From assembly GCA_015062345.1 (NCBI GenBank), contig SUUV01000003.1:15572-79571 (forward strand): a DNA stretch of 64,000 bases, read 5' to 3'. This document shows, piece by piece, positions 51,523 to 62,040 of this stretch; within the stretch, counting starts at the first letter, position 1, and the number at the start of each line of letters is the position of its first letter. The position numbers were made by a program, and so were the translations under genes. A model generated the notes under the pieces. It had not been told where the DNA came from. It saw only the letters and a program-made list of their open reading frames with translations, and did not search any database. This DNA is from Alphaproteobacteria bacterium (GTDB taxonomy: Bacteria; Pseudomonadota; Alphaproteobacteria; RF32; CAG-239).

Positions 51523-52962
51523 ATGGCTGAAGAAGCAATAAAAAACAATGAATTTTCTGTTCAAGACCAATGGGGACAGATATGCAGCCAATTAAAGTTG
51601 GAGTTCGGTGAAACCGCTTTTGACAGTTGGTTAAAGCCTTTGAGTGTCGGTTCATTTACCGATGGTGTGATGAACATTTGTGTACCGACCGCTTTTATGA
51701 AAAACTGGGTAATTACTCACTATTCGGATCGAATCCACAAAATTTGGGAAAACAAGAATCCCGAAATTAAAAAAGTGAACTTTGTGGTACAAACCGTACA
51801 AACACAAATCCGCTCCAATCAAGACACTTCCTTATTAAAGAAAATTGACTCCACCCCTACTCCGCAAAACTTTTATACTTCGGCATATTCCAATGTTGTA
51901 AACTTCAATGAATATGTTCGTCCCGAGGGAAGTTCTCAACTTTCGGCTCCGTTAAATCCGGCTTATACTTTCGAGTCGTTTGTGGTTGGTAAAACCAATG
52001 AGTTTGCATATGCGGCAGCCAGAAAAGTTGCCGAATCGAAAACCGTATCATTTAATCCGTTGTTTTTATATTCGGGTGTAGGTCTTGGTAAAACTCACTT
52101 AATGCATGCCATAGCTTGGCATATCAGAAAACAAGACCCGAGTCGCAATGTGATATATTTATCGGCCGAACAGTTTTTATATAAGTTTGTAAAAGCTTTG
52201 CGCTATAAAGATACCACCGCATTTAAAGAACAGTTCAGAGCTGTTGATGTGTTGATGGTTGATGATGTTCAGTTTATGAGCAACAAAGGTTCAACTCAGG
52301 AAGAATTTTTCTACACTTTCAACTCATTGATAGAAGAAGGTCGTCAGATTATAATTTCAGCCGATAAATCTCCGTCTGATTTAGAGGGAATCGAGGCTCA
52401 TTTGAAATCCCGTTTAAACAGCGGATTGGTAGCTGACATTCACCCCACTGATTTTGATTTAAGAATGGGCATTTTAAATCATAAAGCTCAGCAAATGGGC
52501 ATCGCTTTACCTGAAAAAGTTGCTGAATTTTTAGCACAAAAAATTACGACCAACATCAGAGAACTTGAGGGTTCTTTGCGTCGAATCGCCGCTCATTCTC
52601 AGTTGTTGTCAAACAAAGAAATCACCTTGGATATGACACAAGATGTGCTAAAAGATATGCTTCGTTCTTTGGATAGAAAAACCACAATTGATGAAATTCA
52701 GAAAAAAGTTGCTGAGTACTTTAACATTTCGGTTAAAGAGTTGCAGTCATCAAGGAGAGCCAGAACAGTTGCCAGACCTCGTCAGATTGCAATGTATTTA
52801 GCAAAGCAACTTACATCTCGTTCACTTCCGGAAATTGGTCGCAAGTTTGACAGAGACCACACAACGGTTATGCACGCAGTCAGAAAAGTTGAAGAACTGA
52901 TTGTTGAAGATTCATCACTGGCTGAAAATGTTGATGATTTAAGACGCGCTTTAGAAAATTAA
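51523..52962 (+). CDS. dnaA: Chromosomal replication initiator DnaA.
   Basis: AAA+ motif GVGLGKTHL and a C-terminal DnaA-box-binding domain. ATG at 51523 with an AAGGGAAG RBS. Confidence 0.95.
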   Translation: MAEEAIKNNEFSVQDQWGQICSQLKLEFGETAFDSWLKPLSVGSFTDGVMNICVPTAFMKNWVITHYSDRIHKIWENKNPEIKKVNFVVQTVQTQIRSNQDTSLLKKIDSTPTPQNFYTSAYSNVVNFNEYVRPEGSSQLSAPLNPAYTFESFVVGKTNEFAYAAARKVAESKTVSFNPLFLYSGVGLGKTHLMHAIAWHIRKQDPSRNVIYLSAEQFLYKFVKALRYKDTTAFKEQFRAVDVLMVDDVQFMSNKGSTQEEFFYTFNSLIEEGRQIIISADKSPSDLEGIEAHLKSRLNSGLVADIHPTDFDLRMGILNHKAQQMGIALPEKVAEFLAQKITTNIRELEGSLRRIAAHSQLLSNKEITLDMTQDVLKDMLRSLDRKTTIDEIQKKVAEYFNISVKELQSSRRARTVARPRQIAMYLAKQLTSRSLPEIGRKFDRDHTTVMHAVRKVEELIVEDSSLAENVDDLRRALEN

Positions 52963-52984
52963 ACTTTGATATATACTCCTTAAG

Positions 52985-53009
52985 GCCTCGCATAAAGCGA
53001 GGCTTTTTT
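52985..53009. terminator. Bidirectional terminator.
   Basis: gcctcgc-ataaa-gcgaggc followed by T6. Confidence 0.7.
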
Positions 53010-53013
53010 CTTA

Positions 53014-53577
53014 CTACCAATACACATCTATCGTACACCAACCTTCGCCGCAAGCAGCTGTGCAAGCGTTACTTATTTGTGACATATTTATATTGGTCAT
53101 ATCTTCCGGAGAAAACAGCTCTATACTATACGGACTATCTATTCTAATGAGCCCATAAGAATGTAAGTGCTTATATATACCGCTTGTAAAAAAGGCATTA
53201 CACATATCAACAGCAAAGTCATTTGTAGGGTGTATAATAAAATATGTGGAACCATTTGTGCTACTCTCAAATTGATAACCACCAATAGGAAGTTTGCACT
53301 TATGACCATTATAATGCTCATCAAAATATAAATCACAGTCAAGACCTATTTTAGGTGCGTCTTCAACATCTATGTCACCCGTTAAGGAACCGGATACTTG
53401 TAATTCAGTCAATTTTGCAAAAGCACCTGATACAATATCTAATGTTGTGTTTATTTTATGTTTTAGCATGGCTTTTGAGTAACCGGCAATGCCACCAACA
53501 GATAACACACCGATAATAGCCAAAACACCGAGCATTTCTACCATACTTCTTCCAAGTTCACAAACTTTTCTCATCAA
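53014..53577 (-). CDS. Type IV pilin-like protein, paralog 2.
   Basis: The N-terminal 40 aa are nearly identical to paralog 1 (MMRKVCELGRSMVEMLGVLAIIGVLSVGGIAGYSKAM). The C-terminus is divergent and Cys-rich. Confidence 0.7.
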   Translation of the reverse strand: MMRKVCELGRSMVEMLGVLAIIGVLSVGGIAGYSKAMLKHKINTTLDIVSGAFAKLTELQVSGSLTGDIDVEDAPKIGLDCDLYFDEHYNGHKCKLPIGGYQFESSTNGSTYFIIHPTNDFAVDMCNAFFTSGIYKHLHSYGLIRIDSPYSIELFSPEDMTNINMSQISNACTAACGEGWCTIDVYW

Positions 53578-53660
53578 CTTACTCCTTTAAAACATATTTT
53601 GAGCTCAGCATAAACCGTTTTTTTTTTTTGCAATTTATACGAGTCTTCTTTGTGGATAAT
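53578..53660 (-). promoter_or_regulatory. Promoter of pilin-like gene 2 (TTGCAA-A12-CGGTTTATGCT).
   Basis: Reverse complement matches the shared core. Confidence 0.6.
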
Positions 53661-53736
53661 TAGTCATCTTTGAGGTAATAGCCAAACAAATTTATATTTA
53701 TCACCTCTTAATAACTTTAGTAAGCAATTATTACCG

Positions 53737-53880
53737 AAGTCCGCCTCCTAACTGTCACTCCGGCACTTGATGCCGGAGTCCAGGTTAAATTATATAGCTA
53801 AATTATTCCCTGGATACCGGTGTCTATTCCAAGCTAAAGCTTGGGCACCGGTATGACCGTGATGGGAGACAACACCGCTA
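53737..53880. repeat. Structured element A, copy 3.
   Basis: Hairpins H1/H2/H3 intact. Confidence 0.7.
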
Positions 53881-54016
53881 CCTCAAATTTGATTTAAATT
53901 CACAATTAGACTCTTTTTACTTGCAAAAAAAAAAACGGTTTATGATGTGATGTGAAAGGCGATTTTTAGCTTTTCAAGTACATTTAAACTTAATTTTTAT
54001 AGAAAGGATTAAAATT
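53881..54016 (+). promoter_or_regulatory. Promoter-leader module B6 (A11).
   Basis: Consensus module. The tract is one A shorter than in other copies. Confidence 0.7.
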
Positions 54017-54505
54017 ATGAGAAAATATTTTCTTTTATCTGCTGTGGCTTTAATGACTGCAAGTAATGTTATGGCTGCAACAACAGCATCAACTGATGTA
54101 GAAATTTCAGCAAGTATTGAACTTATGAGCAATATAAATTGCTATGAACCGGAGCCGCTGTCATTATCTGTACGAGCCGGCAATGATGATTTGTCCATAG
54201 ATTTAGCAAATCCTAGCACTTCAAGCACTGATTATATGTTAATTGCAGGTGGAAACCCTCTGGTTGAGTGTAGTATCACTCACAAACTTGAGGGTCGAGG
54301 GTCAATAGATTTACCGGAAACAGTAACCCTAACCGGAACATCATCGGAGAAGAAACTTACTCTTACAAATTTATCAGAAATGTTTATTGCAGAACCAATG
54401 TCCGGAGTATATGCATATGGTATTGATGCAACATTAAATATTCCGGCAAACATTGATCAAGATACCTACACAGGAACTTTTACAATTTCTGCTACTTACG
54501 AATAA
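54017..54505 (+). CDS. MRKYF family paralog 5.
   Basis: MRKYFLLSAVALMTASNVMA...DTYTGTFTISATYE. Confidence 0.8.
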   Translation: MRKYFLLSAVALMTASNVMAATTASTDVEISASIELMSNINCYEPEPLSLSVRAGNDDLSIDLANPSTSSTDYMLIAGGNPLVECSITHKLEGRGSIDLPETVTLTGTSSEKKLTLTNLSEMFIAEPMSGVYAYGIDATLNIPANIDQDTYTGTFTISATYE

Positions 54506-54514
54506 TCAAAATTC

Positions 54515-54542
54515 ACCGCCTCATTTAAGAGGCGGTTTTATA
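54515..54542. terminator. Intrinsic terminator.
   Basis: ccgcctc-atttaa-gaggcgg followed by a T-run. Confidence 0.65.
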
Positions 54543-54544
54543 TT

Positions 54545-54841
54545 TTAAAAAACCGAAACCAAATCTTGTTTTATTAAATTATAAAATTGCTCATTAATTT
54601 TATGATAATCGGAAAAATTTACCACATAAGGCAACGAGCTTTCATCAAGCTGTTGTTTAATTGTTTCCAACTCATTAAAAGGCATCTCATTTTTACCTTT
54701 AATCAAAATATCCAAATCGGACAATTTGGAAAAATTGCCTTTAACTCTTGAGCCGTAAAAATAAAAATCATATTTATCGGAAAACGGACATAAAATGTCC
54801 TTAACAATTTTTTCTTCTGCCAAAGACATTCCGCTAATCAT
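54545..54841 (-). CDS. Minimal nucleotidyltransferase (MNT / HI0073-like).
   Basis: GSRVKGNFSKLSDLDILI (GS...D.D motif). Confidence 0.75.
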   Translation of the reverse strand: MISGMSLAEEKIVKDILCPFSDKYDFYFYGSRVKGNFSKLSDLDILIKGKNEMPFNELETIKQQLDESSLPYVVNFSDYHKINEQFYNLIKQDLVSVF

Positions 54842-54842
54842 T

Positions 54843-55265
54843 TTATGCTCCGTTTAATGCTTTTTCAAATGCCAAAACCAAAAACTCTGTTTCTGCAATA
54901 AATTGAGGCATTATATTTAACAATTCTCGTGCTTTTACAATGTTATATTCATGAGAAGTATCGTTTCTTTTGGCATAATATTGTTTCCAATTTTCCCAGT
55001 TCATAATCATATCATATCCGGCCATAAAACGAAAAATATTATTAACGGTCAGTTCATTGTCGTTTTTTGCATAAAACAACTTTAAATATTTTCTCATCAG
55101 TTTAAGCGCTGTTTCCATTGTATATTCAAACCGTTTGACACACGAATCGGCCACGATGTCGGCAAATATGACATTATCTTGTTGCTGATTATAAACTTCC
55201 CAACAATTTTTTAAGGTTGCCAGAGCATTTTTCAAATTATCAATATTAAATTCTTTATTGTCCAT
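54843..55265 (-). CDS. HEPN-domain protein (HI0074 family), partner of the MNT.
   Basis: The HI0074-like sequence sits directly upstream of the MNT with a 1-nt gap. Confidence 0.7.
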   Translation of the reverse strand: MDNKEFNIDNLKNALATLKNCWEVYNQQQDNVIFADIVADSCVKRFEYTMETALKLMRKYLKLFYAKNDNELTVNNIFRFMAGYDMIMNWENWKQYYAKRNDTSHEYNIVKARELLNIMPQFIAETEFLVLAFEKALNGA

Positions 55266-55329
55266 TTTTGTTTCCTTAATTTGTATTTTACAGTATGATA
55301 GTTTTACTCTGATTTCAAGTTTATTTTAT

Positions 55330-55470
55330 TTTCTTACCTCATTTTTGATTTAAACACTTCAAAAGACTCTTTTTACTTGCAAAAAAAAAGATTTAAAATG
55401 CGACATGAGAGACTAATCTTTAGCCTTTCATATGCACTTAAACTTAATTTTTGTAAAGGTCCTATAGTAT
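55330..55470 (+). promoter_or_regulatory. Orphan, decayed promoter-leader module B7. No downstream MRKYF gene.
   Basis: cctcatttttgatttaaa...agactctttttacttgcaaaaaaaaa, then a degenerate -10/leader. It abuts the 3' end of rnhB. Confidence 0.6.
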
Positions 55471-55475
55471 AATTT

Positions 55476-56105
55476 CTACACCCGATTTAAAATCTCAGCT
55501 ATCGGTTTATATGATTTTCGGTGTTCATCGCATATACCATATTGTTTCAAGCCCTCAATATGCGCTTTGGTGCCATAACCGGCATTTTTTTCGAATCCGT
55601 AGTATGGATATTTTTTAGCCAATTCTTGCATCAAATTATCACGATAAACTTTTGCCACAATTGAGGCACCGGCAATTGAAAAAGACAAACTGTCACCTTT
55701 GATAACGGTTTGTACCTTGCACTTAAAAGGTCTTGGTGTTTGATTACCGTCAACTAAAGCAACATCAGGTTTAACCGATAAGTTATCAACCGCACGACGC
55801 ATGGCATTAAAAGTGGCTTGTAAGATATTAATTTCATCAATTTCTTGCGCTGTTGCCAAACCGATACCGTAGCTTAAATTTCCTTTTTTGTTTTCATCAA
55901 CAATCAACTCATAAAGCCATTCTCTTTTTTTGGCGCTCAGTTTTTTCGAATCGTTAAGCGATGATAACAAATGCGGATTTATATTATCCTTATTTAAAAA
56001 CACCACCGCACCTGCTACAACCGGCCCTGCCCAAGGGCCACGACCTGCTTCATCAACTCCGGCAACAATACCGCTATGTATATTTTCAAAGCTCCAATCT
56101 GGCAT
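55476..56105 (-). CDS. rnhB: Ribonuclease HII.
   Basis: VAGVDEAGRGPWAGPVVAGAVV. Confidence 0.9.
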   Translation of the reverse strand: MPDWSFENIHSGIVAGVDEAGRGPWAGPVVAGAVVFLNKDNINPHLLSSLNDSKKLSAKKREWLYELIVDENKKGNLSYGIGLATAQEIDEINILQATFNAMRRAVDNLSVKPDVALVDGNQTPRPFKCKVQTVIKGDSLSFSIAGASIVAKVYRDNLMQELAKKYPYYGFEKNAGYGTKAHIEGLKQYGICDEHRKSYKPIAEILNRV

Positions 56106-56166
56106 TTGTATTATCCTTTCTTTTAAAAAAGCTAACACAAATTAAATGTGTTTTCCAACATTGTTT

Positions 56167-56478
56167 TTAGTTTCTCACAATCGGAACTCCTTCATAGTCG
56201 GCTTCTATCATACCGCCGATTACAACCGCCACATTATCATAACCGCTTTTTTCAAACATTTGCGCCGCTTGTGACGACCGTCCTCCCGATGAACAAATTA
56301 TATTAATGGTTTGTTTGCCGTCAAGTTTATGCTCTTTTATAAAAATCTCCGGTTTTAAGGTGCGCAACGGCTCAAACTCGTGCTCAAAAGCCAAACTTTC
56401 TTCTTCGTGCTCTTCATAATCCCGAACATCTAAAATCAGCGAATCGGGTGTTAAGTCTTTGGGCTTGATAAATCGCAT
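56167..56478 (-). CDS. Single-domain rhodanese-like sulfurtransferase.
   Basis: Active-site loop CSSGGRS. Confidence 0.75.
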   Translation of the reverse strand: MRFIKPKDLTPDSLILDVRDYEEHEEESLAFEHEFEPLRTLKPEIFIKEHKLDGKQTINIICSSGGRSSQAAQMFEKSGYDNVAVVIGGMIEADYEGVPIVRN

Positions 56479-56540
56479 ATATACCTCCTTTTTTTAAAGA
56501 TATAATGCTTATTATGACAGTTTAAATTAGATAATTTTCA

Positions 56541-56679
56541 TACCTCAAATTTGATTTAAATTCACAATTAGACTCTTTTTACTTGCAAAAAAAAAAAACG
56601 GTTTATGATGTGATGTGAAAGGTGAGTTTTGCACCTTTCAAGTACATTTAGACTTAATTTTTATAAAGGAATTAAAAAA
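56541..56679 (+). promoter_or_regulatory. Promoter-leader module B8 (A12).
   Basis: Consensus module. Confidence 0.7.
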
Positions 56680-57150
56680 ATGAGAAAATATTTTCTTTTT
56701 ACAGCTGTAGCCCTCTTGGCTGCAACAAATGTTAATGCCGATGAATTTGGTACGGTTAATGTAAATGCAACGGTTGAACAAGTTACACGCATTACTTGTT
56801 CTGCACTTGAATTAGGTACTATTTATATTGATTCTTCAAAAGGTTCATCCGGTAGTTATACTATTAATCTTGGCAATGCGGAAAACATTGAAGGAGCTAT
56901 CGTAAGGGTTGATGATACAAGTCAGCCAAGGTGTACTTTTGGCGGAGCGATAGATATATCAAAAGTGGAAATTCCTTCAACATTACAAATTGAAGATGTT
57001 CCGGCAGGAAATGTGATGAACATTACATTACTTCCCAAAGATTATGAAGCCAGTAATGGAATATTGGATATTGAAGCAGAGATAGAAATAGATGCTGATT
57101 TTGACGCCGGAGATTATACAACATCGTTTAATGTTTTTTACATCGATTAG
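56680..57150 (+). CDS. MRKYF family paralog 6.
   Basis: MRKYFLFTAVALLAATNVNA...GDYTTSFNVFYID. Confidence 0.75.
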   Translation: MRKYFLFTAVALLAATNVNADEFGTVNVNATVEQVTRITCSALELGTIYIDSSKGSSGSYTINLGNAENIEGAIVRVDDTSQPRCTFGGAIDISKVEIPSTLQIEDVPAGNVMNITLLPKDYEASNGILDIEAEIEIDADFDAGDYTTSFNVFYID

Positions 57151-57160
57151 TATAGTTTCA

Positions 57161-57192
57161 ATCCGCCGACATAGTCGGCGGATTGTTTTTTT
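57161..57192. terminator. Bidirectional terminator.
   Basis: atccgccgac-atag-tcggcggat followed by T7. Confidence 0.7.
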
Positions 57193-58546
57193 ACCCTTGT
57201 TCTAAGTCTTTTACAATATTTTCGGTAACTTTTTTAGCATCGCCGAATATCATCATTGTGTTATCGGCAAAAAACAGCGGGTTATCGGTTTTGGAATATC
57301 CTGAGCCCAAAGTTCTTTTTACAAAAAACACTGTCTTTGCTTTATAAACATCTAACACCGGCATACCATACAAAGGTGAAGTTTGCAGAGTTTTTGCTGC
57401 CGGATTGGTGATATCATTGGCGCCTATCACATAAGCCACATCAGCCGTTGCAAACTCGGGGTTTATGTCGTCCATTTCAAAAACATCTTCATAATCAATT
57501 CCGGCTTCAGCCAATAGCACATTCATATGTCCGGGCATTCTGCCGGCGACGGGATGAATGGCAAACTTGACACTTGCTCCATATTTGTTTTTTAAAACCA
57601 GAGCCATATTTTTTAGAGCAAACTGCGCTTCTGATGCGGCCATACCAAAACCTGGAACAATGATAATTTTGGAAGAATTTTCCAATATAAAAGCCGCATC
57701 TTCGGGGCTGGCCGAACGCACTGTTTTATCTTGTGTATCTTTTAAGTCGTCATCTTTGGTCTGATTATAAAATAATACTTGCCATATTGAACGATTTATG
57801 GCTTTGGTCATAATAAAGGTTAAGATAGTTCCGCTTGCACCGACAATGGCACCGGTAATTATGAGTGCAACATTGCTTACCGAAAACCCGACCGCAGTGG
57901 CGGCGAATCCGGAACAGGCATTTAAAACCGAAACCACAATCGGCATATCGGCTCCTCCGACAGGCATAGTTACCGCAACACTCCATAACAGAGCAAAACA
58001 CATCAGATAAAAAAGCGAATCCATGGTGGGAGAAACCAAAAAATTTCCCCAAGCAAAAATCATAATGATAAATAAGGCCAAATTAAACACATTATGAAAC
58101 GGCAATTTTCTTAAAATTTTTGTAAAACTTCCTTGCAATTTTAAATATGCAATCATTGAGCCCATAAAGGCAATTGTACCGATAGCAACCGACAAAGACA
58201 TATCTAAATATTGCGTTTGCATATTTTTCATTTGTGCAAAAGCCACCAATGTTGAAGACAAGCCGCCCAAGCCGTTAAAAACGGCAACCATTTGCGGCAG
58301 AGCCGTAATTTTGACTTTGGTAGCAGACAAAACACCTACCACAGCTCCGGCAAAAATGGCAATTAGTATCCAAATATGATTTTGTTCGGGCAAAACAAAC
58401 ATTGTGGCAACAATTGCCAACAACATACCGGCCATACCGAGCCTGTTGGAGAAAAGCGCCGTATTGGGTTTGGAAAGACCTCTGATTGCCACGATAAACA
58501 ATATGCTCACCAGTAAATATATCAAAAACAACTCTTTATTTATCAT
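57191..58546 (-). CDS. pntB: NAD(P) transhydrogenase subunit beta.
   Basis: Multi-TM N-terminus plus a C-terminal dIII NADP-binding domain ([17 protein letters not shown]). Confidence 0.9.
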   Translation of the reverse strand: MINKELFLIYLLVSILFIVAIRGLSKPNTALFSNRLGMAGMLLAIVATMFVLPEQNHIWILIAIFAGAVVGVLSATKVKITALPQMVAVFNGLGGLSSTLVAFAQMKNMQTQYLDMSLSVAIGTIAFMGSMIAYLKLQGSFTKILRKLPFHNVFNLALFIIMIFAWGNFLVSPTMDSLFYLMCFALLWSVAVTMPVGGADMPIVVSVLNACSGFAATAVGFSVSNVALIITGAIVGASGTILTFIMTKAINRSIWQVLFYNQTKDDDLKDTQDKTVRSASPEDAAFILENSSKIIIVPGFGMAASEAQFALKNMALVLKNKYGASVKFAIHPVAGRMPGHMNVLLAEAGIDYEDVFEMDDINPEFATADVAYVIGANDITNPAAKTLQTSPLYGMPVLDVYKAKTVFFVKRTLGSGYSKTDNPLFFADNTMMIFGDAKKVTENIVKDLEQG

Positions 58547-58832
58547 TTTTAGTATCCTTTTTCTTAAACATTGCAAGCATTCTTTCAGAGACGGCAAAAC
58601 CGCCGAATATGTTTATTGAGGCCAAAAACACTGCCGAAATGCTTAATATTTCGCTTGCTGTTAAATTGTCGGAATATGCGGCAACATATAATGCGCCGAC
58701 AATGACAATTCCGGAAATTGCGTTCGATACACTCATCAAAGGAGAATGCAAAGCCGGAGTGACGCCCCAAACTACAAAATAGCCGATAAAACAAGCTAAA
58801 ACAAATATGGTAAACAAAAATAATATGGTCAT
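58536..58832 (-). CDS. pntAB: NAD(P) transhydrogenase subunit alpha part 2 (membrane).
   Basis: ~98 aa with 3 TMs, located between pntAA and pntB. Confidence 0.85.
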   Translation of the reverse strand: MTILFLFTIFVLACFIGYFVVWGVTPALHSPLMSVSNAISGIVIVGALYVAAYSDNLTASEILSISAVFLASINIFGGFAVSERMLAMFKKKDTKNDK

Positions 58833-59830
58833 TGTTGTTCCTTTCTTGGTTTAAAGTTTTCGCACAAATATATTGATTTTATAATTTGGTCATCAAGTTT
58901 TAGCTTAAAATCAGCCCCGCCGTTTTCTTTTATAAAATTAAACACATTTTGAGCAAAAAGCGAGCTTGCCGAATTTGCAACTTCTGAAGCAAAAAACATA
59001 TTTTGCACAAGTTTTATGTCTGTTCGCAAACCCTTTTGCTCAACATTTGCACATGATAAATCTACAATTACCGAATTTGAGGGCATTTGCTCCAAATCTT
59101 TTTTGGTAAACAACAAAGGAGCAGGTTTTCCCTGCGGTGCAACCGAAGTAATAAGGATATCGACATTTCTTAAAGTTTCAATTTGTTTATCCGTTTCAAC
59201 GAATCGCCCGCCTAAAGAAACGGTTTCTTCTTTGGTTTCGGCTCTGGTATCAGAAGCATAAACAATGGCTCCCATTCTTTTTAAGGTAGCCATAGCTTGA
59301 AGCCCTGCCACACCAAGTCCTACCACAAAGGCTTTTACCGGTTTAATGGTACCGGCCGAAGTTATCATCATCGGGACTGCTCTGTTTAACATATTCATAG
59401 CCGTTAATGCCGCTTTATATCCGGCTAAGTTACTTTGAGATGATAAAATATCCACATTTTGAGCTCTTGAAATTCTGGGCATTTTTTCAAGCGCAAAGGC
59501 TGTTACTCCGGTTTGAGCCAAAGCTTCGCAATTTGCCTTGTTTTCAAAATTTGCAATTATATATTGACCGGCTTTGAACTTTTTATAATCCGATTCACAA
59601 GGAGCCCAAACAGTAGCAATGATATCGGCTTGCTTATAAATATCGTTTTTGTTTTTTAAAACCAAAGCTCCGTTTTTGATATAGTCATCATCATTAAAGC
59701 CCGACTCTATGCCTGCTGATGTTTCAACCATAATTTCAAACCCCAATGATTTATATTTTTTAACCGTATCAGGGGTAATTGCTACTCTTTTATCTTGATA
59801 TTTTGTTTCTTTTAATGTGCCGATAATCAT
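58829..59830 (-). CDS. pntAA: NAD(P) transhydrogenase subunit alpha part 1.
   Basis: AlaDH/PNT N-terminal domain and a Rossmann motif [11 protein letters not shown]. Confidence 0.9.
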   Translation of the reverse strand: MIIGTLKETKYQDKRVAITPDTVKKYKSLGFEIMVETSAGIESGFNDDDYIKNGALVLKNKNDIYKQADIIATVWAPCESDYKKFKAGQYIIANFENKANCEALAQTGVTAFALEKMPRISRAQNVDILSSQSNLAGYKAALTAMNMLNRAVPMMITSAGTIKPVKAFVVGLGVAGLQAMATLKRMGAIVYASDTRAETKEETVSLGGRFVETDKQIETLRNVDILITSVAPQGKPAPLLFTKKDLEQMPSNSVIVDLSCANVEQKGLRTDIKLVQNMFFASEVANSASSLFAQNVFNFIKENGGADFKLKLDDQIIKSIYLCENFKPRKEQQ

Positions 59831-59902
59831 TTTTTCCTCTTTTAATTTAACCGGATTTAATATAATATCATAAAAGCATAAACCAAATAGAAAATAAAGA
59901 CT

Positions 59903-60457
59903 ATGAAAACACTTATAAAACTGTTTTTTTCGTTTTTTAAAATCGGCATATTCACTTTTGGCGGCGGATATGCCATGTTGCCGCTATTGAAAGCCGAAGT
60001 GGTGGAAAAACAAAAATGGCTCTCAGAGGAGGAACTTTTGGATTATTTTTCCATCGGACAATGCACCCCCGGAATTATTGCCGTTAATGTAGCCACCTTT
60101 TCAGGCTATAAATTAAAAGGCACAATCGGAGCAATTTTTGCCACTTTGGGTATAATCTGCCCCTCAATTATCATAATTTGCCTGATTGCATCGGTGCTAA
60201 ACTTTTATGTCGGCAATCAAACGGTTGAACATGCTCTTGCCGGTATCAGAATTGGGGTATGTGCACTTATAAGTGCTTTGGTGCTTGATATGGCAAAAAA
60301 GATTTATAAGCAAAGCCAATATAAAAAACTGCATTTTGCAATTTTTTGTTTTTCAATCTGTATGCTGTTGTTTACTGATATCAGTGCGGTATTAACCGTA
60401 GTTGCGGCAAGTGTTGCCGGTTTTATACCAAAGCTTATCAAAAGGAGCACAAAATGA
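59903..60457 (+). CDS. chrA: Chromate transporter ChrA, half 1 (short-chain CHR).
   Basis: FKIGIFTFGGGYAMLPL motif. Confidence 0.8.
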   Translation: MKTLIKLFFSFFKIGIFTFGGGYAMLPLLKAEVVEKQKWLSEEELLDYFSIGQCTPGIIAVNVATFSGYKLKGTIGAIFATLGIICPSIIIICLIASVLNFYVGNQTVEHALAGIRIGVCALISALVLDMAKKIYKQSQYKKLHFAIFCFSICMLLFTDISAVLTVVAASVAGFIPKLIKRSTK

Positions 60458-60972
60458 TTTATTTGTTGCTTTTTTTTGAATTTTTTAAAATCGGACTTTT
60501 TGCCGTAGGCGGAGGTGCTGCCACCATTCCTTTTTTGTTTGATTTAAGCGAAAAATATCATTGGTTTAGTTTTGAAGAACTTACAAATATGATTGCCGTT
60601 GCCGAATCTACCCCCGGACCGATTGGGGTTAATATGGCAACTTTTGCCGGATTTCAAACTGCCGGAATTTTTGGCGCCATAATTGCTACACTTGGTCTTG
60701 TAACTCCTTCTTTAATAATTATTATAATGGTGGCCAAGCTCTTAAAATGTTATGCTCAAAACCCAAATGTACAAATTGTGTTAGGCGCCATTCGTCCGGC
60801 AGTTTTGGCTCTGATTTTGTTTGCCTTAATGCAAATTGCAAAAATCAGCTTAAATACAAGTTTGAGCATCGGCGTTTTCTTTATGTTAACGATTTTGATG
60901 CTAAAATATAAAAAACACCCGATATTGTATATTGTGTTATCGGCTCTAATCGGTGTTATATTAAAACTTTAA
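60454..60972 (+). CDS. chrA: Chromate transporter ChrA, half 2.
   Basis: FKIGLFAVGGGAATIPF. A 4-nt overlap indicates translational coupling. Confidence 0.8.
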   Translation: MIYLLLFFEFFKIGLFAVGGGAATIPFLFDLSEKYHWFSFEELTNMIAVAESTPGPIGVNMATFAGFQTAGIFGAIIATLGLVTPSLIIIIMVAKLLKCYAQNPNVQIVLGAIRPAVLALILFALMQIAKISLNTSLSIGVFFMLTILMLKYKKHPILYIVLSALIGVILKL

Positions 60973-60982
60973 GGAGGTTAAA

Positions 60983-61999
60983 ATGAACGAAATTGATACC
61001 ATTTATGATGTTGTCGGCATCGGAAATGCCATGGTTGATGTGCTGGCAAAAGTAGGTGACGGATTTTTGACTCAAAGAAATTTGATAAAAGGTTGTATGA
61101 CACTGGTTGATGCTTCCACCGCCGGCGGAATTTATACCGACATTATTCCCGAACGCGAAGTTTCGGGAGGCTCTGCTGCCAATACGGTAGCCGGACTTGC
61201 CTCACTCGGAGCTGATTGTGCCTTTATCGGCAAAGTCCACGATGATGAATTGGGGCAAAATTTTAAGCGAGATATCGGTGCAGCCGGAATTGATTTTTTC
61301 ACACCTCCGCTTTTGGAAGGGCCGGCAACGGGCCGAAGCATTGTTTTGGTAACTCCTGATGCCGAACGCTCAATGTTTACATATCTTGGCGCAGCAACTC
61401 GTTTAAGCAAAGAAGATATTGATGAAAACACCATAAAAGCAGCCAAATATACCTTTGTAGAGGGCTATTTGTGGGACGAAGAAGATTCTCGCAATGCCGT
61501 AATTAGAGCTTGTGAATTTGCGCATTTGCACAAACGCAAAGTTGCGTTTACATTGTCGGATAAAAATTGCACCATCAGACATCGTCCGCAATTGTTGGAA
61601 TTTATTGACAAATATGTTGATGTTTTGTTCTGTAACGAACACGAAATAAAGGCTCTTTTTGATACTGATGATTTTTATAAGGCACTCGATTTGATTAAAC
61701 CGATGGTAGAAATTGCCGCCATTACACGCAATGCAAAAGGCTCGGTGGTAGTAAACGGCCGAGTAAAAATTTTTGTTGAAGCCGAAAAGGTTGATAATGT
61801 TGTTGATACCACAGGTGCCGGTGATTTGTATGCTGCCGGATTTTTGTATGGTATGACAAGAGAAAGAAGTTTGGGTACTTGTGCCATGATAGGCTCTATG
61901 GCCGCATCTGAAATAATTACACATTATGGAGCAAGACCTGAAGTGTCGTTAAGAGGGTTTGTCAGAAACAGACTCTTACAATATGGCAAAAAAGCTTAA
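60983..61999 (+). CDS. PfkB-family carbohydrate/nucleoside kinase.
   Basis: DTTGAGDLYAAGFLYG motif. Confidence 0.8.
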   Translation: MNEIDTIYDVVGIGNAMVDVLAKVGDGFLTQRNLIKGCMTLVDASTAGGIYTDIIPEREVSGGSAANTVAGLASLGADCAFIGKVHDDELGQNFKRDIGAAGIDFFTPPLLEGPATGRSIVLVTPDAERSMFTYLGAATRLSKEDIDENTIKAAKYTFVEGYLWDEEDSRNAVIRACEFAHLHKRKVAFTLSDKNCTIRHRPQLLEFIDKYVDVLFCNEHEIKALFDTDDFYKALDLIKPMVEIAAITRNAKGSVVVNGRVKIFVEAEKVDNVVDTTGAGDLYAAGFLYGMTRERSLGTCAMIGSMAASEIITHYGARPEVSLRGFVRNRLLQYGKKA

Positions 62000-62011
62000 G
62001 ACAACTTTAAA

Positions 62012-62039
62012 CCCCGTACTGTTAAAAGTACGGGGTTTT
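62012..62039. terminator. Bidirectional terminator.
   Basis: ccccgtact-gttaaa-agtacgggg followed by T4. Confidence 0.75.
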
Positions 62040-62040
62040 G

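Noticed and set aside
53651-53659. A perfect DnaA box (TTATCCACA, reverse complement of tgtggataa) in pilin promoter 2, and a near-perfect one (atatccaca) in pilin promoter 1.
   Set aside because: These are single isolated 9-mers in an AT-rich promoter with no clustered boxes or DUE. Most likely they are coincidental or a minor regulatory site, not an origin.
59903-60972. Two adjacent half-size chrA genes, as a possible disrupted pseudogene.
   Set aside because: Short-chain CHR transporters naturally occur as two co-translated ~180-aa genes. Both halves carry intact FKIG..GGG motifs, and the 4-nt overlap implies coupling.
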